Assembly: GCA_002256025.1 (NCBI GenBank)
Contig: NKIB01011255.1
Location: 1 to 64,000 of the forward strand
DNA length: 64,000 nt
Source: Asterionella formosa
Lineage: Eukaryota
Reading direction: 5' to 3'
Shown in pieces: positions 1-13,210 of the stretch. The translations under genes were made by a program, and so were the position numbers. The notes under the pieces were generated by a model. That model was given only the letters and a program-made list of their open reading frames with translations. It had not been told where the DNA came from and did not search any database. Numbering within the stretch: the stretch's first letter is position 1; every line of letters starts with the position of its first letter.

Positions 1-1074
1 TCGCTAGTATTTCGTTGTTGTTGCAAAAATCAGAGTGATGATGGATGGAAATGATGAGCCAAATTACATTACTTCAGCTGGTACATTATCCTACCAAGAA
101 AATCGAATACAGGAATCTAATAGAAACGATACATATAATAATTAAATATATGTAGTCAACAGGGTTACTATTTAAATTACAAGGGCATTTATCAAAATTA
201 TTAGATGATGTAACAAAAAATTATGATCAGATGATCTCAATCCTATGATGCATCATGAAAATATGATAGTTTTTATTTGCAGACAAGGTGAAATACTTCT
301 ATCCTTCTGTATATAGAATACGCTATAGTGTAGCAGTAGTCATAGTTGCAAGAGGCTGGAGAATCCTTCACCGTGTTGTCTCAGCGTTGACCATGATGAA
401 AATAATGAATATCTTGACAAGAATGAGAATGACGCTTTCCTATTTCGTATATGTATCAAGCGCAACATGTAAAGTACAATCATAAAAGAATAATCCTAAT
501 AATACTTGTATTGACAACGAAAATTGAATTTGCCGATGGCATATTTTTCATGCTATTTCGAGATGCGCAATTTTTAAAGAACGATGCTACGAGCAGATGC
601 GACACTTTTACTATAGCTACATAATAAATGAGACTACGAGCGAATACAGCAGTAACATGAATAATCGAAGCAAAAGAAGTGAAATAACGCTATTATCTAC
701 TAAGAATAGATTGATTGCGAATGGGCAATTTATATATAGTCCTCCTTGTAGAAGCCGGAAAATGTGAAGCATTTGCTCCGGTGTGTCGTCAAAACTTCTG
801 GTAATGCCCTATAGTCGTAGTAATGTGCAGCAGACATTCCTATTTACCACTACATATGAAACCTGGTCTATGCTCGGCAAGCCATCATGTGCCAACAGGA
901 GTGTACTGCTGGTAACTCAATTTCCTTCCATATGTAGTGACTTAGACAGCATGTAGAAATGAATTAAGGACTATGTTTGTCTAGATTTTAGTTTAAGCAA
1001 AATTTTGCTTAAAGTAGAGTCCATTTGCTTAAACTGAAAAAGTACCTAAGAAGAACTTTAACCCAACATTAATA

Positions 1075-1825
1075 TGGCTCATGTTTATACGTTAATATTG
1101 AATCTACATTGCTGTATATAGTTTCAATATCACTCCACGCCCAAAGGTATTTACAGAGTAATTGTATTTCGGTACTCGGAGTACCAGGTAGTACATAATC
1201 TTGGTTCATGATGACGGAAGACAGGAGGATGAAACTAGTACTGGCTGTTACTGATTTTATCTACTGGTATACAGTACATCTAATATGTGTACCTGGTACA
1301 GGTGAGTAAATTCAATTCAACCAATCAGAATATGTGTAGTGACGTGGCAACTTACCCTGGAGTCTTTTCGGAGTGAGAATTATGCAGCAAAACATAACTA
1401 CGCAAGACTCGAAGTCTACGAGAACATATTTGCACATACAAATTCTGATTCCAATATTTTGGCTACTGTTGAAAAAGCCGATTGGGTCAACTTTTTGGAG
1501 GAGGATTGCTCTACATCTTCGGGGTTTCATGAAGATTAAAATAGATAGCTGTGTATCCTAGAAGATCAGGAGTTAACTTCTGGAGAGAAACTGCAGTTAT
1601 GTAGCCCCTTTTTTGAATATTTTGCAATAGTTACGAATCTACAATTCATAACTGCAGTTTCTTTCCAGAAATGAGATCCTTAGCATATCTGAAGAAAGAG
1701 CATATGCCTAAGTCGACCAATGACTGTATCTAAGCATGTGCAAAGTGGTCGTATTGGTGAAAGCTAATTTTTCCCGTAATGTGTGGATTAAGTTACAGTA
1801 AATCATAAAATTATTTTGGGAAAAA
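1075..1825 (+). repeat. Repeat family B partial copy
   Basis: Matches 17545-18285 and the reverse complement of 43060-43770. Confidence 0.75.
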
Positions 1826-2552
1826 CGGGAAAAACGGACCCCAGGGCCGCTGTCGGGGAATAATCTGTCGGTTTTGGGAACATGTACACGAAGAAGCAAA
1901 ATTACCGCAACTCCTTGCTGGTCGTACGCACTGATATCCTGGTACCTGGTACCAGGGTATCAGGCACCTGGGACCTAGTACCAGGTACCATAGCAGGTAG
2001 GCTACGGGTACCTGGTACCACAGAATCAGGCACCTCATGCGTCATCAGTCATGATCGTATTTTGCAACAGCATCATCATGTCGTCAGCACATTGTTTGTG
2101 TACCCCCTTGTACCAGGTAAAGGCTCTGGAAGGATGACGATGCTGTGACGAAAATTGCATCGTGCGTGGTGTAATTGTCAGCTTCAGGTACCTGGTAATA
2201 CCCGGAACATAACGTATGATAGCTGATGGCTGCTGCAATGAAACTGACACTCGTCGTCAGGTGGGTCCTGTAACCTGGTACCAGGGTACCTGGTACAAGG
2301 TATTGGTACCTGGTATCTAATACGGTAATACGGGGTACATACCGGGTGGACTGTCGATATGATAGTATCATACGAGAAAAGTGTACGTGGTGTGCAAGGT
2401 TTATTTATTACCTTTTTTAAATGCATACATATGCACACGTATACCGGTAGTACGTCTCAATATACCTCTCCCTATGATTATTAGCTACCAGTATATTTAT
2501 TGTTCCGATCCCTCACAAAATCACATGTAAGGACCACGGCAACACCCACACA

Positions 2553-3716
2553 ATGCGCCATGTTGTTTACGTCGTGCTAATCTTCGCGACATTCACCCAA
2601 GCCTTTGTTTCTCGTTGCCATCAGATCAAGAAAACCAGTGCGTACTCTTGCAGCAGTCTCTTTGGCAATAGCAACAAGAACGAGCTAGAAGAACAATGGG
2701 AACTTCCCAATGACTTTCGAACGTTTCTCAATCAATGTTCCATTCAATCTTTCATGTTTTTGTTACGGCAACTTAGAGATATGCAGACTGTCTTGTGGAT
2801 GGAATCATTTACACAGCCATCTATTGTTCGATCTCCATCGGATGACGAAGCCCTTATGTCGGATGGGAGCTTCAATACCGGCGCTATAGTTGAAGAACCA
2901 TCCAAGCCACAAGCCAAGCTCCTTCAATACCATGGCCTTTCGGCTATCAATACCACGCTCTTTCCGACTTGGGAATCCTACTTCAAAACAATGTTACTAA
3001 AAGAGAAGGAATCTTGGACAATTACATCTACTCAAGCGTACATACCATCCTATGACTGGGAAGTCAATCCGGCGTCTCTTTGTGCGAGACTCATTTCAGT
3101 TAGAGAACAAATCGCCAACGAATGGGTCAAGGATCTATCAGTCATTGAAAAGATGGGAGGCCTATCAATAGAATCTTATTGGGAGGCATTGAAAAGACAT
3201 AATGCCTCTGACGAACGCGGACCAACCATTGAACGACCCAATTTGTTGTTTTTAGACTTTGATCCCAATTTTGGATCGGACTTGGCACCTTCGCCTTTGC
3301 GCAAAGGTAATTTTGATTTGCTATGCCTCTTGACAACTCAAGAAGCCATTCATCGTATCCTTAATGACCGTCAAGATCAACAAGACGGCAACTCACTTGT
3401 TGCCAATGCCTTCTTACAAGAATTCTATCAAGACCGTATGCACTACTTTACTGGAAGTCAGCGTTATGGTAGGGCCGATGATTTCTTGCAGGACCTATTG
3501 TCGGAAACACCAAGAATGATTTCGTCGAAGCCAGGGGTCACATTGTTTATTGATCCGATTCGTGTTGCAGAATCCATCATGTCGGCACGAGAGCAGGTGG
3601 CGGTTGAGTGGAGAGAATTGGCACGAGTGTCGCCAACAGAGCATTTTACTGTCAGGAAAATGATGCTCAACAAAATGATGGGCATTGATATTGGTCTGGT
3701 GGATTCACAGACGTAA
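2553..3716 (+). CDS. Plastid-targeted protein (387 aa) with two tandem RbcX-like helical repeats
   Basis: Intronless ORF; signal peptide ending TQA/F (ASAFAP-like); repeats WMESF..ESYFKTMLL..LCARLISVREQIANEW and FLQEF..ADDFLQDLL..VAESIMSAREQVAVEW resemble RbcX WLxxF..YLExM..LRIxxVRExLAE. The CDS is confident; the RbcX label is less so. Confidence 0.8.
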   Translation: MRHVVYVVLIFATFTQAFVSRCHQIKKTSAYSCSSLFGNSNKNELEEQWELPNDFRTFLNQCSIQSFMFLLRQLRDMQTVLWMESFTQPSIVRSPSDDEALMSDGSFNTGAIVEEPSKPQAKLLQYHGLSAINTTLFPTWESYFKTMLLKEKESWTITSTQAYIPSYDWEVNPASLCARLISVREQIANEWVKDLSVIEKMGGLSIESYWEALKRHNASDERGPTIERPNLLFLDFDPNFGSDLAPSPLRKGNFDLLCLLTTQEAIHRILNDRQDQQDGNSLVANAFLQEFYQDRMHYFTGSQRYGRADDFLQDLLSETPRMISSKPGVTLFIDPIRVAESIMSAREQVAVEWRELARVSPTEHFTVRKMMLNKMMGIDIGLVDSQT

Positions 3717-4041
3717 CCCCCATTTCAATCACTTGGGTGTAGCTCCTGAGCCGTCTAGGCAGTAGGTGCGATAAGGATATTGTTGCAGTCGTCACGCTTT
3801 CGACGATATCTGATTTCCCTAGCTATGAATGGAAATGAGAGGAAAGGAGTATATTATATATATATATATATCTTTATTATATATAGTTACACAAGTATCT
3901 GTTGTTGAAATTATAGAACGACATTTCTAGACATTGCATTAGATACTTCAAAAAGTTGTTCTGTTCTCGTCTAATCATTGTGCTCTCCAGGTCGTCAAGC
4001 AAAAGACCGCATTTTGTCCAACAAATATTCCAAGTTTAAAC

Positions 4042-5303
4042 TTACGAATTGTTAACAAAGGAATCATCTCCATTCTCTGGGGCAATTCTTCGATGTCGTG
4101 TCTTTCTTTCCTCTGGCGCTGATGAATTGCCCATTTCAATAGCGTCATCTGATTCGTCTATAACAGGGGCGTCCATGGATTTTTTCTTTTTCCTTCCTTG
4201 TTTTTCCAAAATCTATATGTGAATATAAACAAATGGTTTGATGAGGATTGAAAGTACAAGATAAATGTGGAACTCATAACAACCACAACCAAAAAGTTTG
4301 TCCTCCAACAATACAATATAATACACTTACCATCAATAATTCTTGACGAATATAATAGGAAATTCCACATATCATTAGGACTGATAGACCAATTCCCAAC
4401 ACTATCATCGTTTTATTATTTTCAATAGCATCAGCATCCGCAATGAGTGTCCCTGCACTTGCTCCAATAAAAACATACAGCGTCATGAGAGGAAGCGATG
4501 CCACCTTGGCAAGTACAAAACTGGACAATTTCATACTAGTCGTCCCCACCATGTAGGATACTGGCCCGAGTGGAAGCACGGGTGTCAGATAGAGCATGGC
4601 CATGATACGAAGTCCATGCTCTGCCACAGCTGGGTTTTTGCAAATAATTTGTAGGATAGACAGAGTGAGGGTGGGTGTTAGAATATTTCACGCCCCAATA
4701 GCAAAAACTCTTTATTTCATAATTTTTGGTACATAGCAGCAGTACTAGTAGCAGCAGCAGAACCCACATACCTGCATCAATCGCATCAAACAAGGGGTAT
4801 TTTCTAATCCACAGGCGAACTCGATCTCGCATCATGTACCGTCCAAGCAAAAAACACAGTACCGCCCCCAATGCGCTCCCTGCCATGCTGACAAATGTGG
4901 CAAGTCCCATGCCCCCCGCCCATCCGTACACGCCCTTGTAGATATAGCCACATCCCAGGGTGAGGGGCGTTCCGATGGGAATCATAAAGACGACGCATAC
5001 AGCGATAATGAGCAAAAAAGCCACAATAGCTGAGTGCGGATTGGCTTGTGCGTACTCTAGGAATTGTGTTGATTTTTCCTTAGTTAGCCATCGGTCTTGT
5101 GGAGCGCGGAATGTTGTGTCCCAAATGAGGAGGAATAGCGCGGCGCCCATTACGAAGCTGACGAATTGTTTGCCAGGGCCGGAATGATGAGCTTCTGTGT
5201 GCAGCTTCTTAGTTTTTCCGTCGTCATCGTCGTCATCATTATTGTCGTTATTTGTAGAAATCAGAGTTATCTTGAGGTGATCTGCATCGCCCAGTTGTTG
5301 CAT
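4042..5303 (-). CDS. TVP38/TMEM64 (SNARE-associated, DedA/VTT family) membrane protein, 3 exons
   Basis: Predicted exons 5303-4772, 4629-4331, 4212-4042 with GT-AG introns; motifs IPIGTPLTLGCGY, GAVLCFLLGRY, LYLTPVLPLGPVSY. Confidence 0.88.
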
Positions 5304-6280
5304 GATTTGACGGTGCTCGTGGGAGGGTACACGATGCTGCTGTCCGCGTCGCTTGATTTATTGAGGGCTCTCTGGCTTCGTCGTTGGTCTTGTTCGCGTC
5401 TCCTTTCGTTAGATTGTTCTGATTCTCGTTTTCAATCGTTTGTTTGCTGTTGAGTGACACCACAGCAAGTGCATACGGTGTGCACAGACTTGGCGAAATG
5501 GAAAGGACAAGCAATGTCTGGATTAACAATTTTTTGTCGGTACAGCTTTTTGTCGGTACAGCATATCAGCCTCTGTATTCAAATGATTATACATGTCTCA
5601 TGTAATACGTACAACCGGAAGTAAATACAGTCTTACACAGGTACACAACTACATACCTGGTACGGTATGTAGAATACGAGCTAAGTACCAGTAGTCATTT
5701 GTAATTATCGTCCGAAGACTGCTAGTAGTGGTACCCTGGTACTGGTACTCTAGACCTCGTGAGAACAATAAGCCAGTAAAATTAGGAGTACTGTACAGCC
5801 ATACATAGAACACCACTGGTAGTCTACCGGTATCATCATCACTGCAAATACAATCATACAGGAAGCAAAAATTAAATTTGTTAACTCAATTTCTGATTTT
5901 TATACACTAAACCGGCTTTTGACCTCGAAAAGAATCCGAGCATCATTTCTTTCTGAACTAACAACAACCATTCCGGAACGAATACCGGTATTTTGTTCTC
6001 AATCAATAAGTAAAATCGAGATATTGGAATCTCCACTTTCCTCCTTGCTGATGAAAAATCAAACCTTGATTGAGTGGACTGAGCCAGAACGTGAGAGCAG
6101 GAGCAAAGAATGCACGAACCCCCACAAGCACACCTTTAACAAGCTTCAAGGTGGATACACCATGACACTTGACCATCTGGAAAAGCAGGTTTCTTGCTAG
6201 ATAAACGTATTTTTTGGTTTCACCATGACAAAACTAAGTAACAAGCGAATTTTTTAAGCGACACTCGGTTGCACTGTAAA

Positions 6281-6433
6281 ATGTTAGAATCCTACCGGTA
6301 GAGTGCTGGGCACACTACCAGGTACCATAGTGTATAATAGCCTTCATACTTCTTGTACTGAAATATGTTAGAATCCTAGAGTGCTGGTCACACTACGTGG
6401 TACCATTGTGTATATAGCCTTCATACTTTCTTG
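6281..6433. repeat. Two-unit direct tandem duplication (about 80 bp)
   Basis: ATGTTAGAATCCTA..GAGTGCTGG.CACACTAC..GGTACCAT.GTGTATA..AGCCTTCATACTT occurs twice. Confidence 0.85.
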
Positions 6434-6578
6434 CCCCTATAAATCAGTATAAGTAGTAACACACTATAAAAGTGTATTGTGTGCGATGCTCTTAGAAGGA
6501 GGACGAGTCCGATTTGTTGACATGCAATCCTCTCATTCGAGCTAAATTGAAATGGTACGAATAGAAAGTTTGACAACA

Positions 6579-7970
6579 TCATCGCGCAGTCGGCTTGTGA
6601 CTGGACAGTTCACTCTTTCTGGAGGCATCCGCGCTTTCATTCATGTAATCATCGCCATTGGAGTGAAATTCCTCTGTCAAAGCCGAGCATACTTCCAACA
6701 TGTTAGGCCTTTTGGCAAGTTGTGAATGCCAGCATGCGGAGATCAATGACGCGATTTCGACCGGCCATTTGAGATCAATCTTTGGACGTGCGCCGCCACT
6801 GACTACCTTCTTTTCAATGAGAGCTAACGTGAAACCCTCAAAAGGCGTCGAAAGTTCCAAAATTTGCCATAGCAAAATACCAAAAGAATACACATCAGCC
6901 CTTTCATTATACGGTTCTTGAAGGGCAACCTCGGGAGCCATATAGGGATGCGATCCAGTATAGCCTGTCAGTTTGTATGTTCCGTCCTTGCAGCGACTAT
7001 CAGCATGGAGCTCCTTGGCAAGTCCCTATGCATGGGGTTAGTAACTCAAGATGACTTCTTTTTCATAATAATCAGTTCGAGAAAATGGTCGACTTACTAA
7101 ATCAAATATTTTGGCATCGCCTCTCACATCAAAGCCAATGTTCTCAGGCTTCAAATCCCGATAGACAATATCCAAACCATGCATGTACCTGAGCGCACTA
7201 CTCAAATCATAAGCAACATGAAGACGCTCCAACCAAAGGTCCTTCTGTTTTTTCCCCTTTCGATCCAACAACTTTCCAATTCCCTTGCACTTGACCTGTC
7301 GTTTCTTCCATGATTGTATTTTCGCTGGGAGAATATCATAAAGTCTGTCAAGCAGTAAAAAGTAATCAGGTGAACAGGACGTTCCACAAGCCACTGCTCT
7401 CATTTTGATAATATTAGGATGTCGTATCACTGCCAGAAACTTTGCTTCCATGGCCATATCAACAATACCATTAACAAACATTTGCACATCCCTGGTAACT
7501 TCCTTCTTGAGAATCTTAATCGCATATCTGGCATCTTTTCCATTGCGGAGATAGTTCGACTGCATGAAGTTACGATCTTGTACAATGTTGACCAAATGGG
7601 GACAGTCGTCGACATGAGTAGGCTCAGACATATGAGCCGCTTGGCCGTCGCCGAGATGCATTGCCTTGATCTCGGAAACAACACAAAAGGCGCCTTTTCC
7701 AAGAACCTTACCGATTGCGAGCTCTATCGTATAAGGATTAATAAAAAACCAGCTCAGATAAACTATGAACTCAAGTTATCGGAACTTGTATGACATCTTT
7801 TTCTTACCATTCATATCAAATTTCGGCATTCGTTCCACCGCATCTTCATCTAAAACAATCGTTTTCTTCGTCTTTTCGTTTATCAATTCTTCTGCAAGCT
7901 TCAGTAAATGGCCTTTAGAGAATCCGCCAATCATTACGCTCGAACTTTTAGGCGACGACATGCACTCCAT
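6579..7970 (-). CDS. Ser/Thr (TKL-like) protein kinase, paralogue 1, 3 exons
   Basis: Exons 7970-7808, 7723-7098, 7025-6579; LGKGAF, YAIK, YRDLKPEN, DLG, MAPE, DVYSFG. Confidence 0.92.
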
Positions 7971-10900
7971 TCTCCGTCGCGGTGACTTAATAGATAACCG
8001 AGATTATAACAACGATGAATGGTTGGCAGTTGCACTTCTTTGGCTTGCGAGAATTCAGCAACGCTACATATATTATATGATCATAAATAGCTAGTGAGCT
8101 AGCTGTATTCGTGGACACTCGCTACTTGTGCCTTCGTTATACAATACAATTTAGAGCTAATAGCTAGACTATAGACCACCAGGTATACGGCTGTTGCTCT
8201 GTTGTCATCAAGAATACTAGCAATTATTTTGTTGACGAAAGGTGTGGTGCCGGTATGTGAAGCTGCCAAAACTGCAAATTCAAAGAACGGAAGCAGTGGC
8301 TTAATTAATTGTAAAATTACACCCAATACATATATTTTTAGGACACATAACGGTACACATGCACTTTTGGGATAAGTTCCATATTGCATGTGCCCACTGT
8401 ACCAGCCTTGGGTCCAGCTGGCGATTCCTGGATACTTGTAAATACAATAACCTATGTATACGTTTACCTACATATCCCTAAATACGAGCGACCAGTACGT
8501 ATTCCGATATTGCGCGCTCGTACATAAAAACAAATCTACAGGATCGCCGGAGCATGAATTTTGCTTGTCGGTGGTTGGTTGTTCCTTGCGACTGTTCTCT
8601 GTCCTTTCCGAAAATTCATCTACCAGCCCCTGCCATCCCCACCCTACATGGCTATTCTCTTGCTTTTCGATAAGAACTGTGGGTGTATATGCAACAATCA
8701 ACAGAATGTACCACTGCTTGGGAATCGATTTGAGACATTAGCTAGGAACAACATTGCAGCCATAGCTGGAAGGAACAGATGTGATGCTAGCTCCTTGGAT
8801 AATTGGAATGTGAGTAAAATATACCATTGTTGAGATGTTCCATGTGGAAAACAATATAGTTTGATCATTTGTATTAATGTATTTCGTATGGAAGTGACCA
8901 AACAACAATCAACAGAACATATCATGCATAATGAACCAACCAAGACAACAAGAACAGTTTGATGATTCCTGTTGCCCTCCTGGGAGGTGCTTCTTGTTCA
9001 CTCAAGCTGATAGCTCTTTTAGGGTACCAGAAGTCGCTTCAAATTCTCGTTGACATTTGTAGATTTATGATAATGCAGCAATAACAATGATTGTGCTTCT
9101 TAGATTGCTAACCTACAGAAACAATGCTATTTTAGAACAGCGGAAATCGCCAACAATTGAGCATCAAAACTTGCTGCTGAGATCTGATTCGAAATAGTCT
9201 AGGACACCTAGATAACGTACCAAAGAATTATATTTAAAATTTGACGGCTGGTCATATCTGACAAAAATACCGAAATTTTGGCGCCACTGCGATGAAGCAA
9301 GTGCCACCAGAACTCGAATCATCCAACAACCAGCCAGCCTCATCCATGATAAGATGATGAATCACTACTTGTTTTATCAATGAACACAGTTTTCATGAGT
9401 TTGGATATGCTTGAAGATGGCAGGGATGGATATAGTGGAATTGCCATTGATTCTTCACAGAAAACCATCATTTTGTAGTACCTTCATGTGGTGGTTCATG
9501 CAGCTCTCTTCCAATTTCGACAGTCAATTTTCCGGCAGTCGATTGAGGGGTCATAGATATCAGTAATCAAAGTCCCTTAAATAAACGGCAGTCAAATTTG
9601 GCAATAAAATTAGGGGCTATTGAAAATATTGAAAGTAGTTTGGCAGTCAAAACAGGAGCGTATGAAATATAAAACATATGCTTTATGAAGGGCAATGCAG
9701 GATTGAGTAGCTAATCAAAAAAATAACATATGAAATATTCAAAAAATGTTTTGTACAAAGGTCAATTGGTCAGTTCTCATCCAACATACAAACTATCTAG
9801 AATAGGTTTTCAATGGTAACTGAAAAGGTAATGTAGTAGTGGCGAAAAGCGCGCTGATAGCTAGGCTGTGAATTGTCTTGGTAAGAACCTACTCGGGAGG
9901 AGTCTGTCTACTCGTAAAATTGTGTACTCGACTTGGTAGACCTTCTATCAACGCCGGGGGCACCGCTTGTTTGACCAATCTACCCGGCCTCCCCTCCCAA
10001 GCCTCAAACACAAGAATACTTGCAGGCAGTCTCCACCCTCGGTCGTGTCTTACTTTCAGTACTTGTGGATGCACACAAAGGTCAAAATTATCTGAGTTCT
10101 CATAAAGAAATGTGAACTAGTTTACCTAGTGATTCGCAATGATGGTAGGTACCTCGTACAAGTATACTATGTACTAGTACTGTCCTTCAGTTAACACTTG
10201 TACTAGCTATGTGTGCATACATACCGGTAGTTTCCCTAGCAGGATAACTGCTATTAGAATATTACTGGAAGGTTACCAGAAAGTTGCAGGCATTTTGTGG
10301 AAATGGACAATTTGATGCAGGACAGGCACTTAAGTTCATCATACATAGAGAACTTCATGTATCAGAACTCAGACACAGAAATTTTGGTTCTTTAATAGGC
10401 TAATTTTATTCTTCCAATTGCGAAAATGTCAAACATAGTCAAGTGACTGTAAAAAGCACATGACATTGACTGGTAAGCAAAATAAGCAAGTTTTGCTTAC
10501 TTTGATTTTCTCTCCAAACTCAAAATTTTGCTTTACTCTCTCCAAACTCAAAATCAATCTCCTTTTCCAGCAAAAGTGGTGAAAACAACCTATCTTAATT
10601 TACAGTTTGAAAGTCATTGGGATTTGAAATTTATAACTCCTAGCATCATCATGCCAACTATCCAACAACATAACTATCATTTAGCTGCAAAACATGTACA
10701 GTATACATAGTACATATATTGACTGACAGTGTCAAAACTATTATGTATATATATACTATTTACCGGTATATATATAGATGTAGTGTCTGTATGTATAGCA
10801 TTTGAAATGTCGATTAAATATTACAGGATGTTAAAGGTATCTAGTGATTTCACTCGTGCTCACTTGAATGGAAACAATTAGTGCACGTTTTTTCGTCTAT

Positions 10901-10980
10901 ACAATACAATGGGACCTGTCTCTTTGTCAGCCTCACGACCCCCGCCCGGAACCCTAGGAACTACATAAAAGAAAGACAGT

Positions 10981-11043
10981 TGGAGAATGCAGGAATCGAA
11001 TCCACCATCTCATGAGGTGCGCTAACCAATTAAGCCATTCCCC
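10981..11043 (-). pseudogene. tRNA-like relic or SINE head
   Basis: GGGGAATG...CATTCTCC-A acceptor-like stem, A box TGGCTTAATTGG, GATTCGATTCC B box, shortened anticodon/variable region, downstream T-rich tract. Confidence 0.55.
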
Positions 11044-11229
11044 TGTATTTATAGCATTTTACAGCGGTACCATGATCGTACATAGAACCGGTACTTACAA
11101 ACTATGGGTAGTCTCATGCCCCCTGCAAGTATACATGTGTTCGGGGCTGGTGGTGCAAGTAGGTTTACTGTGCGAGTTGCGTCCAAAGTGCTGCAAGAAC
11201 ATCGCCCTACAATAACCAACCCGCCAGCC

Positions 11230-12968
11230 AAGTAAACATGTACACAAGAAGGCGTGTAGCCGACGAGAAGGGTATTGTTGAGAGTCAATTCACAACCTAG
11301 CTATTGTTGTTCCATTCGATTACCTACTACTGTTCACTTGTTGAGCATACATATCATTTTTTGTTATTGCCCATCAAATAAAATATAATTTGTTTATTTC
11401 TGATCTTCAAACCAACATTAGCAATGGGTCTGATATTGCCCGTTCTTCAAATAAATTTTGTTTATTTCATGAATATCATGTTAGCATGTTGGTAATACAA
11501 TTTGTGCCGATTGCCCGACGGTTTTTCATGCCTGGAATTACCGACATTAGCAGGGGGTCTGTTAAAGGAAACTATTTTAAATACTCAACAGATTTAGTGA
11601 AACCTTGTTTTTGTTCATCTCCTGACATATGACTGCGGAAATTCACCTTTCACCATGCCATGCCCATTCTGAAGCGAAATGAGTTCATTGATGATGCCAG
11701 TAGCGATTCATGGTCAAACGGATGTGGTTGGTTGTTGAATTGCTCGTCTTCTCGTGGGGCTCAAGTACTCGCATGGTACATATTTCTTTGGACAAACAAT
11801 GATTCCGATTTACCGGGTATCTGAGGTTGGCAGCAAGTTCCTTTTGGCGCCGGTCATTTGTGTGGTTAATGGAAATTCTTGTCATCTAGCCTACATACAT
11901 GCATGGTACTAATAACAATCATGCATGGTTTAAGCTATTGACAGTGTTATAATTCAGAAGTATCTTTACAAGACCAAAATATTAAATTGTATTGTTCACA
12001 TATTCATTATGTATGCCCGATTTCGTCCTCACAATTATAATTCTCACTCTATCCTGTCTGCCGTTGCTCAATTATGGCTTGCAACAGGGACCTTTCGACT
12101 TTCGATTGATCCCATCGCTTGCTGCTTGTTATGCTAGTTAGAGCCAATCGGTGAGTATAACAATACTGAAACACAGAATGTGGTATATAGATGCTATTTT
12201 CACAATTTGCGACTTGATTGCTTCTATTCTCCATTTCGATCACTTCCGTCATTTTTGTTTGTTCTGCACTGTTGTTTTGGTTCTATTGTATCTATATACA
12301 TACGAGCCAATGTTTGTATTATTGCCTACTCTTTGAAGATATTTTGTTCCTGAAAACTTATTCATTGATTTGTACTGTTGCTGACCATGATGCCAATATC
12401 GCCGCGATTTTCTTGTACCAACTTGGTTGGTATCTTTCTACGCAGATTTCGAATCATTTGCTACATTTCAGAAATAATCGCTGATCATGTAAAGGGAGTC
12501 AATAGAGAAGTAGCCTGGCGATCACACATGACATGGAATGATCAGGTTTTTTGGGGGGAGACTCCTACCACCTGTATTCTACCATTAGGCGACAGGTATA
12601 CTTTGCATGGTTACTATCATGGCCAGATCAGCTATACTCTATAGTATGACACAGATCTCAATTGATTTCATGCTTTCTATATCATTGCTGTGATTTTTCG
12701 TCCTTCGATTTTGTGATGGAAAGTTTTTATTGATATTGTATGTTACAATCGTTCTCATGTGTTTGATGCTTCTTCTGCCAACACCAATGCCACATGAGAT
12801 ATATTTCGATATATATATCAGCATTATTCTGGCTGTCATGCCAAAAATCTGGAATTTCAATGCCGAAAAATTCTGTGTGCCCATACTGCCCCTAAATAAA
12901 ATTACTTATAGCCTAAAAAATACTTAGAACTACCCAAGTGGCAAGATGATAACTGGAGCAGGAATTGC
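11230..12968 (+). mobile_element. Repeat family A, older diverged copy
   Basis: Colinear with 55600-57589, including degenerate inverted repeats. Confidence 0.75.
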
Positions 12969-12984
12969 TGGAGCGCTTTTTTAA

Positions 12985-13210
12985 AATAAGGAATATCAGA
13001 TCAAAGCAGTCTCCATGACCATTTCAATTCATGAATGGTGGTATGTTGTCAATTATTCAAGAAAGTTTAGTCTGCCCATCACTTCGAGCATCTCCACAAG
13101 GAGTGAGCTCTGCAGTTATTGAGCCCTCCTGAGAGTGGCAGCAGAAAGTTGGGCCAGCATTCCATTGAAGGCAAAGGTCAGGCTAATTGGACAGCATTTT
13201 CCCCTGGTGT
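12985..13210 (-). mobile_element. Decayed pogo/DDE_1-type transposase relic
   Basis: Frameshifted fragments TFAFNG, PTFCCHSQEGSITAEL, LLVEML, IPPFMN*NGHGDCFDLIFL (cf. PFLLLDGHGSRF). Confidence 0.55.

Noticed and set aside
1811..2438. Overlapping short ORFs rich in VPG/YQV/WY
   Set aside because: Translation artefacts of GGTACC arrays
10981..11043. Functional tRNA gene
   Set aside because: Too short; anticodon and T arms cannot both form
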